Below, piece by piece: positions 29,561 to 39,622 of a stretch of 64,000 nucleotides of DNA. The translations under genes were made by a program, and so were the position numbers. Where the stretch lies: assembly GCA_947462875.1 (NCBI GenBank), contig CANHQJ010000012.1, forward strand, positions 48,118 through 112,117. The letters run 5' to 3'. This DNA comes from Verrucomicrobiia bacterium (GTDB lineage Bacteria > Verrucomicrobiota > Verrucomicrobiia > Verrucomicrobiales > Akkermansiaceae). Under the pieces are notes generated by a model. It ran no database searches. It had not been told where the DNA came from and saw only the letters and a program-made list of their open reading frames with translations. Position 1 is the first letter of the stretch, and each line of letters begins with the position of its first letter.

Positions 29561-29821
29561 TTCGGTTGGATGAAGCGCGGTGGGGATCCGCACATGCACA
29601 CGTTTCCCTGAGATCGGCGCACCGTATTTGGATGAATACATGGGGTTTTAGATGTTTCACTTGGCATACCAATGTATCATACCGTATTCGCTGTTACCTG
29701 ACAATCCCCAAAACGTCTCCGGGGGGGCACCCAAGCACCGGGCGAGCAAAAAAATAGGCTCGATGGGAAGCGGAAGATCGGTATCATGGGGCTGGATTTC
29801 TTCTCCTTATCCCACAAACCT

Positions 29822-30271
29822 ATGTCCTCGAAACGACCACCCGCCGATGCATCCTCCGGAGCTTCGGATCCGATCAAGCTGCTTGCAGGCGGGAATCCGC
29901 AGATTGCCAAAGCGGATGGTGATGAACCGGTGCAGCGCTACATTGCCGCGATGCCGGGGTGGAAAAGCGCGCTGGGGAAAAAGCTGGATGCGATCATTAC
30001 CGGTCAGGTGCCGCAGGTGAAGAAGGCGGTTCGATGGAACTCGCCCATGTATGGGATCGAGGGCGGTGGTTGGGCGATTTCCTTTCATGTGTTCACCCGA
30101 TATGTCAAAGTCACATTTTTCAACGGAGTGGCGCTGCGCCCTGAGCCGACGGGAAAAGGAAAGGATGCGAAGGCGCGCTGGATCGATGTTCACGAGAATG
30201 ATCCGCTGGATGAGGAGCAGTTCGCCCGATGGGTCAAGCAAGCGGCGGAGTTGCCGGGGTGGATTCCTTAA
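29822..30271 (+). CDS. DUF1801 (YdhG-like) domain protein
   Basis: About 150 aa from MSSKRPP. The segment ...IAKADGDEPVQRYIAAMPGWKSALGKKLDAIITGQVPQVKKAVRWNSPMYGIEGGGWAISFHVFTRYVKVTFFNG resembles the DUF1801 family. Confidence 0.55.
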   Translation: MSSKRPPADASSGASDPIKLLAGGNPQIAKADGDEPVQRYIAAMPGWKSALGKKLDAIITGQVPQVKKAVRWNSPMYGIEGGGWAISFHVFTRYVKVTFFNGVALRPEPTGKGKDAKARWIDVHENDPLDEEQFARWVKQAAELPGWIP

Positions 30272-30365
30272 GTGCGGTGTGCCATGTGAATCACGGTGAT
30301 CGCGACAAATCGTTCGGGCATATAGGCTTGTCAAATCACCCTGAATCGCTAGTTTCAGCGCTCAG

Positions 30366-31466
30366 ATGAGCCAAACGTCACCGCAGAAAAAACGCATTCT
30401 TGCCCTGGATGGTGGGGGAATCCGCGGTGTGTTTTCGATCGAGATTTTGGCGCGGATCGAGGAGCTGCTGCGGCAACATTACGGTCGCCCGCGGATGGTG
30501 TTGGCGGATCATTTCGATTTGATCGCGGGCACGAGCACCGGTGGCATCATCGGCTCGTTTTTGTCGTGGGGGGAGCCGGTGGAACGCGTGCGCAAGCTTT
30601 ACGAGGAAAATGCCGGGGCGATGTTTTGCAAGGCCCCTTGGTGGAAATTGCGCGGCGGACTGTTCGATGCGGCGAATCTATCGGCATTCCTGCGCGAGTT
30701 TTTTGTCGAGCAGGATGGCTCCCTGTCGACGATGGGCACAGCGCGGCTGAAGACGATCTTGCTGTTGGTCATGCGCAATGCCAGCACCGGCTCGGCATGG
30801 CCGGTCACGAATCATCCGGGTGCCAAGTACAATGCGCGGATTTTCCCCGATGGCACGGCGAACACCGAGTGCAATCTCGATTTCCCCCTGTGGCAACTGG
30901 TGCGTGCGAGCGCGGCGGCACCGGTGTATTTCCCGCCCGAGCATGTGGAGCTGGGCGGACGCATGCATTCGTTCATCGATGGCGGCATCACGGCCTACAA
31001 CAACCCCGCGTTGATCGCCTATCTGATGGCGACATTGCCCTGCTACGGCATGAACTGGCCGCAGGGTGAGGATCGGCTCCAGGTCGTTTCGATCGGCACG
31101 GGCATCACGCGGGCGAAGGTCAGCGAATTTTTGCGGCGATATGTCAGCGCTCTGAGTTATGCCGCGGTGGTGCCCTCGGGCCTGATGGAGTCGATCTCCA
31201 AAGAACAGGACATGCTGTGCCGCGTGCTCGGGCGTTGTTTGCACGGGGGGGGCATCGATTCCGAGATCGGCGATCTGATGGATGGCTCTGCGGGGAAATC
31301 CTTCACCTACGTCCGCTACAACCGCGAGTTCACGCAAAAAGAAGTCAGCGCCGTCGAAGCCAAGTATGGCGGCAAATTCGCGCTCGATAACCTGAAAATG
31401 CGCGACTATCTCACCGAAACGGGCCGCGAGTATGCGGATCATGTGCAACTTCACCACTTCCTTTAA
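30366..31466 (+). CDS. Patatin-like phospholipase
   Basis: Oxyanion hole LALDGGGIRGV, nucleophile elbow AGTSTGG and catalytic Asp in FIDGGITAYNNP. 366 aa with no signal peptide. Confidence 0.8.
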   Translation: MSQTSPQKKRILALDGGGIRGVFSIEILARIEELLRQHYGRPRMVLADHFDLIAGTSTGGIIGSFLSWGEPVERVRKLYEENAGAMFCKAPWWKLRGGLFDAANLSAFLREFFVEQDGSLSTMGTARLKTILLLVMRNASTGSAWPVTNHPGAKYNARIFPDGTANTECNLDFPLWQLVRASAAAPVYFPPEHVELGGRMHSFIDGGITAYNNPALIAYLMATLPCYGMNWPQGEDRLQVVSIGTGITRAKVSEFLRRYVSALSYAAVVPSGLMESISKEQDMLCRVLGRCLHGGGIDSEIGDLMDGSAGKSFTYVRYNREFTQKEVSAVEAKYGGKFALDNLKMRDYLTETGREYADHVQLHHFL

Positions 31467-31472
31467 CCTGCT

Positions 31473-33053
31473 ATGAGTCATCCCTTGATTGTCCGAATTG
31501 TTTCGTTCGCAGCATTGCTCGCGCTCTCGCACATGCACCTGTCCTGCACGGTGACGGGTCCTTCATCGCGCACTTCGGCCGCCTCTCATTCCACCGCGTT
31601 ACGGCAAGTCATCGCGTCGCTGCCGGCCAGACCGGATACCGCGCAGGTGGCGTCCTACAATCAGGCGCTCGATGCCTTGCTCACGCGTTTGTTCAGCCAA
31701 TACACGCCCGCCGCCTTGCAAGGAACGGTGGAGTGTGACGGGCAGAAAATTTCCATCGATCCCGGAACAAGCGAACTCCTGCAACTGGAGCCGCGGCAAT
31801 TCGATGACATCACAATCATTCGCAAGGTGGAAGGCGGCGATCAGGTCCACGCCTTCGTGACGCGCGGCGGGCTGGGCATCCCGGTAGTGATGAAGCAGAC
31901 TTACCGGGCCGAAAAGGCATCCGGCAAAAAACTGTTTCCTCTCAATGGCCGTCATCTGCCCGCCACCGTCATCGCGGATCTTGATCGCGAGGGAACGCTG
32001 GTGCTGCGTTTCCATCACACGCGCAACGTCCGGCAGGCGAAGGTGCGCGGCTCCACGCAGGAGCTGGCCTACGATCTGAGCACGCCGCTGCATCGCAGCA
32101 TGGGTGATCGTTTCCAAAACAACATGGCCTTGCGCGGATTGATCAATTCCGACCGTTATCTCGACGATACGGGCATTTATCTTCCCGATGTCTATGATCC
32201 GGCGAAGATACCCGTCGTGTTTGTGCATGGACTGAAAAGTGATCCGCATATCTGGCAGAACGCCATGAGTGAAGTGTTGCGCGATCCGGTGCTGCGTGAA
32301 AAATACCAGTGCTGGTATTTCCTTTATCCCACCGGATTGCCCGTCTATGCATCGGCGGCGAAGCTGCGACGCATGCTGTATATCGCCCGCGATCACTACG
32401 ATCCCACGCACAGCAACCCGCAAATGAACCGCATGGTTCTCGTGGGGCACAGCATGGGCGGACTGCTGAGCCGCATGCAGACCATCGATAGCGATGATGA
32501 CATCTATCATGCCTTTTTCACCAAGCCGCTCGACCAGCTACCGCTGAAACCCCTGACCAAACAACTGATCGAAGAATCCATGGTGTTCGAGCGTGTGCCA
32601 TTCGTGAAGCGCACCGTCTTTGTGGCATCGCCGCATCAGGGGAGCTCGGTGGCGCAGGTGCCGTTCGTGCGTGCCTGTGGCTTGCTGGTGAATCCCACCA
32701 ACAACCTGGATGCCGTGACGATGGACATCCGTTTGAACGCCCATGATCAGTTGAATCCTGAATTGCGCAAGTTCCGCAACATGGGGTGCCGCAGCGTGCA
32801 GACGCTCTCGCCGCAGCATCCGATTCTCACCTCACTCCAGAGCAGGCCCATGCAAGTGCCTTGTCATTCCATCATCGCGCGCAAACAGCCTAACGGGGAT
32901 GTGAAAAACACGTCGGACGGCGTGGTGGCGTACTGGAGTTCCCATGTGGCGCAAGCCCGGTCCGAACTGGTGGTCCATGGCACCCATAGCTGCACACGCC
33001 TGCCGGATGTGGCGGCGGAAATTCTGCGGATTCTGCGATTGCACTTGCGATAA
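31473..33053 (+). CDS. Alpha/beta-hydrolase, lipase/esterase-like (DUF676-like), probable lipoprotein
   Basis: Starts 6 nt after the patatin stop. Putative lipobox (LALSHMHLSC), PVVFVHGLKSDPHIWQ and nucleophile elbow VLVGHSMGGLLS (GxSxG). 526 aa. Confidence 0.65.
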   Translation: MSHPLIVRIVSFAALLALSHMHLSCTVTGPSSRTSAASHSTALRQVIASLPARPDTAQVASYNQALDALLTRLFSQYTPAALQGTVECDGQKISIDPGTSELLQLEPRQFDDITIIRKVEGGDQVHAFVTRGGLGIPVVMKQTYRAEKASGKKLFPLNGRHLPATVIADLDREGTLVLRFHHTRNVRQAKVRGSTQELAYDLSTPLHRSMGDRFQNNMALRGLINSDRYLDDTGIYLPDVYDPAKIPVVFVHGLKSDPHIWQNAMSEVLRDPVLREKYQCWYFLYPTGLPVYASAAKLRRMLYIARDHYDPTHSNPQMNRMVLVGHSMGGLLSRMQTIDSDDDIYHAFFTKPLDQLPLKPLTKQLIEESMVFERVPFVKRTVFVASPHQGSSVAQVPFVRACGLLVNPTNNLDAVTMDIRLNAHDQLNPELRKFRNMGCRSVQTLSPQHPILTSLQSRPMQVPCHSIIARKQPNGDVKNTSDGVVAYWSSHVAQARSELVVHGTHSCTRLPDVAAEILRILRLHLR

Positions 33054-33081
33054 GTGATGAGTGGGAAGTGAGCAGTGAGCA

Positions 33082-33855
33082 GTGTTTTTTGAAAACTATG
33101 ACATGAGGATTTGTAGCGATAAGATCGATCTTGTTCCGCTGATGGAGTCATTCGACGAGTTGTTTTCCCGGCGCGGATTCGATCGCGAGGAAATTGCGAT
33201 GACGGCTGCGGGGCCGATTGTGGCATGGTCGCGCATGGCGGGGGAGGCCCGTCCCACCGTCTATCTATCGGCGGGGATGCATGGCGATGAGCCCGCCGGG
33301 CCGCTGGCGATCGAAGCGTTTTGGCGCGAACAAGATCCGCGTGAGGTCAATTGGTTGATTTGCCCGATTCTCAATCCTACCGGCATCCAGGCACGCACGC
33401 GCGACAATGCGGAGGGCATGGATCTGAATCGCGACTATTTGCTGCAACGTTCTCTGGAAGTGCGTGCTCATGCGGCATGGCTGGAAAAGCAGGTGGTGCC
33501 GGATTTGTTTTTGAGTTTGCACGAAGACTGGGAAACGGAAGGCTTCTACTTTTATGAAATCAGCCTGGGGGAAGACCAACCCTATCGCGCGCGGCGCATC
33601 CTTGATGAAGTGCGGACCGTTTGTCCCATCGAGAAAAACCGCAGGATCGACGATCACGAGGTGCGCGAGGAAGGTTGGATCCATCACGAGCCGCAGGCGG
33701 ATTTCCCCGACTCCTGGCCCGAGGCGATCTTTCTGGCCAAACGCGGGTGCCCTTTGTCGTTCACCTTCGAGACTCCGAGCTGCGCGCTGCCTCTCGCCCA
33801 GAGGATTTCCGCGCAAGGTGCGGCGATCCGGGCGGCCATGGATGAGATCCGCTGA
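33082..33855 (+). CDS. M14-like zinc carboxypeptidase / succinylglutamate desuccinylase-aspartoacylase family protein
   Basis: Zinc motif SAGMHGDEPAG (HxxE) and the downstream FLSLHEDWE region are typical of M14/AstE-AspA enzymes. There is no signal peptide. It starts 29 nt after the hydrolase gene. Confidence 0.6.
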   Translation: MFFENYDMRICSDKIDLVPLMESFDELFSRRGFDREEIAMTAAGPIVAWSRMAGEARPTVYLSAGMHGDEPAGPLAIEAFWREQDPREVNWLICPILNPTGIQARTRDNAEGMDLNRDYLLQRSLEVRAHAAWLEKQVVPDLFLSLHEDWETEGFYFYEISLGEDQPYRARRILDEVRTVCPIEKNRRIDDHEVREEGWIHHEPQADFPDSWPEAIFLAKRGCPLSFTFETPSCALPLAQRISAQGAAIRAAMDEIR

Positions 33856-33863
33856 GTGATGAC

Positions 33864-34658
33864 TCAAAGCATTTCCTGCTTTTTCAGGGTCATGCGGACA
33901 TCGCCGATGAAGGCCGCGACGCGCAGCTCCAGCGGAATGCGGTGCTGGTCATCGCTGATCCACAAGGTGGCGGTTTTCATTTTGGCATAGGGTTTGAGGG
34001 AAAGGTCGGATTTGATTTTTTCCAGGCCGATGCTCAGTTTGATCGCATCCTTGCCGTGGATTTTCTCCCGACCCAGCACGCGGACCGTGGCAAGATAGGG
34101 TGACTTGAACGGATGCAGCACCTGCGAGAGGGAGTCGCCATCCGCCAGTTTGTGGCTGCGGATGAAGAGCATGGCGGAAAAGGCGTCGAACACTGGCGTG
34201 TAGGAAAAATCCTTGTTCGTGGTGGAATCCACGCCCGTGCTGTGAGGACGGGAAACTTCCGTCACGCGCACCTGATTGGCTTGGAACTTCACGGTGGTGA
34301 CGAGCGTTTCTTTGTCGTCGGTCTCATTGCAATGTACCAGCTGCGGGCTGAGATTGGTGCGATGGACCTTGCCCGTCATATCGAAGCGGTAGGGAAACAA
34401 TTTCGCGGCCACGCCTTGGCTGCCTCCCTCGCAAAAGCATTGCAGCGTCTGGGCCGTGGTTCCTTTGCTGCCGAAGGTGAACTCAACAGCACCCGCCGCG
34501 ACCTGGCCGTTCCAGGAGAGCGTGTAGTGCAGTTTCTGCGGGACGATGGCGGGATGTGTGCCGGGCTTCTGCGAGGTGATGCGCGCGGCCCATGCAGGCT
34601 CCGCGGCGTGGATGCCAGAGATGCAGAAGAGAACGGCCAGTCCGAGTATGGTTTTCAT
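33864..34658 (-). CDS. DUF3108-like secreted protein
   Basis: 264 aa with signal peptide. Its size and a composition predicted rich in beta structure resemble DUF3108. The assignment is from memory. Confidence 0.4.
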   Translation of the reverse strand: MKTILGLAVLFCISGIHAAEPAWAARITSQKPGTHPAIVPQKLHYTLSWNGQVAAGAVEFTFGSKGTTAQTLQCFCEGGSQGVAAKLFPYRFDMTGKVHRTNLSPQLVHCNETDDKETLVTTVKFQANQVRVTEVSRPHSTGVDSTTNKDFSYTPVFDAFSAMLFIRSHKLADGDSLSQVLHPFKSPYLATVRVLGREKIHGKDAIKLSIGLEKIKSDLSLKPYAKMKTATLWISDDQHRIPLELRVAAFIGDVRMTLKKQEML

Positions 34659-34688
34659 GTCCCCTAGTGGACGGCGGATCGGCAGGAA

Positions 34689-35951
34689 TTATTCAGATTT
34701 TTCCTTATGCCCCGCATCATCACCGCGATCCATTTCCTCGTCTTCTTCGGTCAGGTCGTGATCGAGAGAAGCGGCGTATTCCTGCTCGGGGTCCTCCGGT
34801 GAAGGCTCGGTGACGGGTGCGGGTGGATTGGCAAGCAGGCGGGCGAGGCGCTCTTCTTCTTCCTGTAGTTCTTTTTTCTTCTGGCGCCGGGCATCGAACC
34901 AAGCGAGCCAGATCGACAGCTCATACAGCACGACCATCGGCAATGCCAGCAATGCGAGCGTGAACGCATCCGGGGTAGGGGTGATCACGGCGGCCAGCAC
35001 CACGATGGCCACCACCGCGTATCCGCGCGTGCGGCTCATCACTTCGTAATTGAGCAAGCCGATTTTCACCAGCACCCAGACGATGACGGGCAACTCGAAA
35101 CAAAGGCCGAAGATCAAGGTGAATTGCGTCGCAAACGAGAGGTAGTAGCCGATCCTCCATTCGTTGGCGATGCCCATGGATTCTCCGTAGGAGTAGAAAA
35201 ACTCCAGCACGCTGGGCAGCACCCACAGGTAGGCGAAAAGCACACCGCAGAGGAACAGTCCGAAGCCGATGGCGAGCGCGGGCAAGATGGCTCTTTTTTC
35301 ATGCTGGTGCAGACCCGGCATGATGAACTGGAGGGTGTAAAGTAGCAGCAGAGGAAACGCGAGGACCGTGCCGGCGAAGAAGGCCAGCTTCATCGACAGC
35401 ATGAAGGCCTCTGTCGGATTGAGCGAGCTCATGAACTTGAAGCGATCGCGCGTGCCGGCGAGGGCATCCGGCTTGGTGACGATCAGTTCTTCCAACAGAC
35501 TCTTCTGATCGGGACTGAGTGTGATGAGGGTGTCGATGTAGGGCTTTCGCTTGGCTTCCGGCAGGGAAATGGCGGCGCGGTAGCAGGAGGCTACGATCAC
35601 CACTCCGCGGTCGGCGGGCTCGAGCTGTTGCAGGTAGGTTTCGTGCAGTGACTCCGGCAAATGCGCCAGCACTTCCGAACCGGTTTTCGCGAGCTCCCAT
35701 TGGTCGGCAGTGAGTTTGCCCGATTTCGGCAGCTTGTTGGCCGAGTGCATTTCCCACACATCGCTGATGGGCTTGCGCAAGATTTCCATCAACTGGTCGC
35801 GGTAGGTGAAGCACAGCACGGTGGTGATGAGAAGAGTCACCACGACCCTCGTGACCATGACGCGAAGATCTTCCAAGTGCTCGAGAAAAGGCTTTTCTGC
35901 ATCAGGATTCGCTTTGTCGCGAAGTTGGAAAACTTTTTTGAGAAGGAACAT
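34689..35951 (-). CDS. tatC: Twin-arginine translocase subunit TatC (expanded variant)
   Basis: N-terminal FLEHLEDLRVMVTRVV and C-terminal core YLSFATQFTLIFGLCFELPVIVWVLVKIGLL...TPTPDAFTLALLALPMVVLYELSIW match TatC. At 420 aa it is much longer than the usual ~250, owing to a ~130-aa insert in the first periplasmic loop plus an acidic C-terminal tail. Confidence 0.75.
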   Translation of the reverse strand: MFLLKKVFQLRDKANPDAEKPFLEHLEDLRVMVTRVVVTLLITTVLCFTYRDQLMEILRKPISDVWEMHSANKLPKSGKLTADQWELAKTGSEVLAHLPESLHETYLQQLEPADRGVVIVASCYRAAISLPEAKRKPYIDTLITLSPDQKSLLEELIVTKPDALAGTRDRFKFMSSLNPTEAFMLSMKLAFFAGTVLAFPLLLLYTLQFIMPGLHQHEKRAILPALAIGFGLFLCGVLFAYLWVLPSVLEFFYSYGESMGIANEWRIGYYLSFATQFTLIFGLCFELPVIVWVLVKIGLLNYEVMSRTRGYAVVAIVVLAAVITPTPDAFTLALLALPMVVLYELSIWLAWFDARRQKKKELQEEEERLARLLANPPAPVTEPSPEDPEQEYAASLDHDLTEEDEEMDRGDDAGHKEKSE

Positions 35952-36110
35952 CGGTGGCGGAGCTTAGCGTAGCATGCGCGGGAGTGCAAGGATCGCGTGA
36001 GGGGGAATTCGGCATTGCATACGGGGAAATGGCGGATTCCTTGCAGGGGGCATGACAGAAATCGATGGCTTTGTTTGTAGGAAATGGCCCTCACGGCTCG
36101 TTGATGATGC

Positions 36111-37094
36111 ATGCGTTGGTTGATTTCGATATTCTGTGTGGCAATGGCGTGCGCGGAAGAGAAGAATGATTTCCAGTGGGTCACCTCCGCACCGAATAAA
36201 GAATGCCTCGCCACGCCGCGTCGAGCCCCGTCGGACTGGGCCCGGCGCAGTGGTGCGGTTTCTCTCAACCAGGCGTGGGAAAAGGATCAGGGCAAGCCGT
36301 GGTATGTCGAGCTACAGCGTGAGGGCGGGCGCTGGGTGGAAGCGGGATTGGCGCATGGCGATGAAGCCTGCATCGGCTGGGGCTTGCAACAATTGGTCTG
36401 GGGATTCGCGCAGATGAAAGAGGACGGCTCCTTCGCGTGCGGTGATCCGTTTCACAGCGCGAGTTTTCTGGTGGAGAGCACGGCGCGTTCGCTGCTCTTG
36501 TTGCGCGGATCGAAGTATCAAAAAACGTTTCAACAACGCATCGATCTCTTGCGGCCGAAATTGCTGACCTGCGCGCGCTGGCTGACTTCGCCGGCCAATC
36601 AGAAGGCGGCGGACAAACAGCGCATTTACACGCATCGCCGATTTTTGTTAGGATGCGCCCTGGAGCAAACGGCTCTGTTGCATGATGATGCTTCACTCCA
36701 TCGCGCGGCGGCGGCGTTTGTCGGCGATGGTCTGTCTTTGCAGCGGGAAGATGGGGCGTTTCCGGAAAAAGGCGGACACGACAGCAGTTATCACGCGGTG
36801 GCGCTGATCTACTTGCAGCGATTTTCCCTTTTGATTCAGGAGAAAGAACTGCGTGCGCGATGCGAACAAGCCGCGGATCGCGGCGTGGCGTGGTTGTGTG
36901 GTCGCATCGATGCGCAAGGAGTTGTCAGCGTGGAAGGAAACACCCGCACCGGCCGGGAACAGGAAGTCGGGCGCAGTGGTGCGCTGAAGAAAGTCAACCT
37001 GCCGGAGGTTGCGACGGCTTTGTTCCTGCATGCGTATCGTCGCGACCAAACAAGCTTCGCCGATATCGCACGCAAGGTCTTATCGCATTCTTAG
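36111..37094 (+). CDS. Hypothetical secreted protein
   Basis: 327-aa ORF with signal peptide MRWLISIFCVAMACA, divergent from tatC. I recognised no family. Confidence 0.45.
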   Translation: MRWLISIFCVAMACAEEKNDFQWVTSAPNKECLATPRRAPSDWARRSGAVSLNQAWEKDQGKPWYVELQREGGRWVEAGLAHGDEACIGWGLQQLVWGFAQMKEDGSFACGDPFHSASFLVESTARSLLLLRGSKYQKTFQQRIDLLRPKLLTCARWLTSPANQKAADKQRIYTHRRFLLGCALEQTALLHDDASLHRAAAAFVGDGLSLQREDGAFPEKGGHDSSYHAVALIYLQRFSLLIQEKELRARCEQAADRGVAWLCGRIDAQGVVSVEGNTRTGREQEVGRSGALKKVNLPEVATALFLHAYRRDQTSFADIARKVLSHS

Positions 37095-37095
37095 C

Positions 37096-39261
37096 TTACT
37101 TGCAGTTGATGCGCGTTTTGGCATTTGTCGCATTCGGAGCCTGTGCCACGATTTCCCAAGCACCGCCCGGAGCGGCGTTCGCGGGAGCCGCAGGTAGGGT
37201 GAGTGTTCCCTGACGATTGCCGCGCAGTTCGCTCATGCCCTCGGAGAGCCCCAGAATCGCCCGGATGATTTGTTGCGACTCCTGCTCGTTGACCGCTGCC
37301 TGCGGGGGCATGGGAATTTCTCCCCAAACACCACCACCACCGGTCTTGAGTTTTTGCTGCAAGCGGGCCAAGGCCTCTTTGTCATCGCGATACCGCATCG
37401 CCACGTCTAAATAAGCGGGGCCCACGGATGGCGTCTCGACCTGATGGCAGGCAAGGCATTGCTTTGCGGTGATGAGTTTCGCCGCATCGGCGGCAAGCGC
37501 AGGGCCTCCGGCATCGTGCCCAGTGGGCGGGATGTAGCGGGCGCGGATCACGACATCCTTGTCAGTGGCTGCCCCTTCGATCGAGAAGTTGATCTTTTCA
37601 CCGAATCCCAGTTGCTGCGGATTGCCGCTGAGTTTGAGGGAGAGTTCGGGTTGAGAACCCGAGCTCAGTAGGATCCGTGCGATGCCGCGGTTGCCCTGCG
37701 GATCGGTCGCGACGGCGCGCAGCTGATCGGCGAGCTTGTTGGCCAACTCGATCTTGGGGCCTTCGCCCGCCTTGCGATCTTCGAGACCTTTTGTCAGATA
37801 CCAAACGATGGAGCAGTTCTCATTTTCCGGATCCTTGACAGTGGCTTCGAAGGAATTCCCCGCGCCCGGTTTGATCGTGATTTGCGGCGCTTTGTTGGAG
37901 CTATCCGGTGTCAGATGACGGATGCGGCCGTTTTTGTTAAAGTACCAATCCGCGCCGTATTCGAGCAGATAAATGCTCCCATCCGCCGCCATTTCCATGT
38001 CCATGGGATGTTGCAGTCCCTCTAGCAAAAGCTCCATCTTGACGAAGTTTTCCTGTTCGTCGAGTCTCACTTTCCACGCCTTGTTTCGCATCCAATCGTA
38101 GGTGATCAATGTGCGGTCGTCCTCCTGGCTGAGGAGGTTGTATTTCCGCTTCGCATCGTAGTAAAACACCGGACCGGCCATGGCATTGCGACCGCCCTGT
38201 CCCATGAGCGGGAATTCGGCACTGGCACTGTACGGATACCAGATGAAGGCCGGGCGTGCGGCGGGGAGCACCTCGAGCCCGGTATTGAATTTCGAGGGAT
38301 TTTTCGGAGCGGCGGGATCGGTCATGGCACCAATCGCGCCTTTGCTGAAGTCAACAATCGGATAGGGTTTGTTGTTCCCCACGAGAAACGGCCAACCATG
38401 ATTGCCCGCGGATTTCGCCTGATTGATTTCATCATGGCCGGCGGGACCTTTGGGGGAGGGATTTCCGGCATCGGGGCCGACCTCGCCCCAGTAAATCGTT
38501 TGCGTTTTGGGATCGACCGAAAGTCGGAACGGATTGCGGCAACCCATCACATAAATTTCCGGTCGGGTCTTCGGAGTGCCTGGTGGAAACAGATTGCCCT
38601 TGGGGATGTCATAGCCTTTTTCCGTGGGCCTGATGCGCAGCACTTTCCCGCGCAAGTCGTTGGTATTGCCCGCGCTGCGCATGGCATTCGCATGATCGTG
38701 GCCATCGCGATCATCGATGGGTGCCACGCCACCGCTCTCGAACGGATTGGTATTGTCGCCCGTGCTCAGGTAGAGCAAGCCATCCTTGCCGAAAGCCAGG
38801 GATCCGGCCTGGTGACAGACTTTGTCGCGGCGGTCGGTGGGTATCTCCAGCAGCATCTGCTCGGAGCCCAGGTCAATGCTTCCCTTTTTCAGCGTGAAGC
38901 GAGAAAGACGATTGAGCATCTTGTCGGGCGCGCTGTAGAACAAGTAGAGACGTTGGTTGCGGTCGAATTGCGGATCGAGCGCCACCCCGAGCAATCCGTC
39001 TTCCCGCGCCCAGGAACTGCCTTTGTTGGTCGCGCGCAAGGCGGTGACAGGGATGAGCCCGATCTCCATCACGGCACCGGTCTCGGGCTGGACGCGCAGC
39101 ACGCGGCCTTCGCGCTCGATGACATAAAGGTCACCATTCGGGGCGATGCTGATTTCCATCGGATCCCGCAGATCGGATGCGACAAAAGTGGTCTGCAAGC
39201 CCGCGATCAGGGAAGCCGGCCAGAGTAGGGTGGAAGTGAGAAGTGCAGTGTAGCGCGACAT
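37096..39261 (-). CDS. PQQ-dependent sugar dehydrogenase (glucose/sorbosone dehydrogenase beta-propeller) fused to C-terminal cytochrome c domain
   Basis: Start chosen at MSRYTALLTSTLLWPASLIA (39261); the ORF is open to 39309. The propeller region reads VASDLRDPMEISIAPNGDLYVIEREGRVLRV...LGVALDPQFDRNQRLYLFYS. The C-terminal haem-binding motif is CLACHQVE (CxxCH). Confidence 0.7.
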   Translation of the reverse strand: MSRYTALLTSTLLWPASLIAGLQTTFVASDLRDPMEISIAPNGDLYVIEREGRVLRVQPETGAVMEIGLIPVTALRATNKGSSWAREDGLLGVALDPQFDRNQRLYLFYSAPDKMLNRLSRFTLKKGSIDLGSEQMLLEIPTDRRDKVCHQAGSLAFGKDGLLYLSTGDNTNPFESGGVAPIDDRDGHDHANAMRSAGNTNDLRGKVLRIRPTEKGYDIPKGNLFPPGTPKTRPEIYVMGCRNPFRLSVDPKTQTIYWGEVGPDAGNPSPKGPAGHDEINQAKSAGNHGWPFLVGNNKPYPIVDFSKGAIGAMTDPAAPKNPSKFNTGLEVLPAARPAFIWYPYSASAEFPLMGQGGRNAMAGPVFYYDAKRKYNLLSQEDDRTLITYDWMRNKAWKVRLDEQENFVKMELLLEGLQHPMDMEMAADGSIYLLEYGADWYFNKNGRIRHLTPDSSNKAPQITIKPGAGNSFEATVKDPENENCSIVWYLTKGLEDRKAGEGPKIELANKLADQLRAVATDPQGNRGIARILLSSGSQPELSLKLSGNPQQLGFGEKINFSIEGAATDKDVVIRARYIPPTGHDAGGPALAADAAKLITAKQCLACHQVETPSVGPAYLDVAMRYRDDKEALARLQQKLKTGGGGVWGEIPMPPQAAVNEQESQQIIRAILGLSEGMSELRGNRQGTLTLPAAPANAAPGGAWEIVAQAPNATNAKTRINCK

Positions 39262-39622
39262 TGGGGTATTAATACGGCGAGAGAATCGGTTGCTTATCGT
39301 CCGGATCACGGTTTTTCCGAAAATGCGAGCGGATTACGGCTTTGCGGCGGGTCTGGCGGTGTGGGACCGCCTCATGATCGTGCGTCATCATCGTGACCGA
39401 AATGAATCTTGACATCCCGGACCCTGTGGGCATTTTCCTTCGTTAGTGAATGCTTCATTGAATTTTCTAACGTCTGCCGTTTTCCGGCGTGCTGAGGAAG
39501 CTTCGACACATTTGCTGATTTCAGCTCACACTCCTCAGTTTTGACCCGCTCTCAGGGCTTGCCGTCGTCTCGCGGTGGAGCCTTTGCGCGCACAAACCAT
39601 CCCCTAACATCAACCACACACT

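Noticed and set aside
30366-31466. Patatin gene as the CapV effector of a CBASS system
   Set aside because: No CD-NTase/cyclase, E1/E2-like or other CBASS accessory genes are present within 10 kb. The neighbours are lipid hydrolases, so it is reported only as a lipolytic operon.
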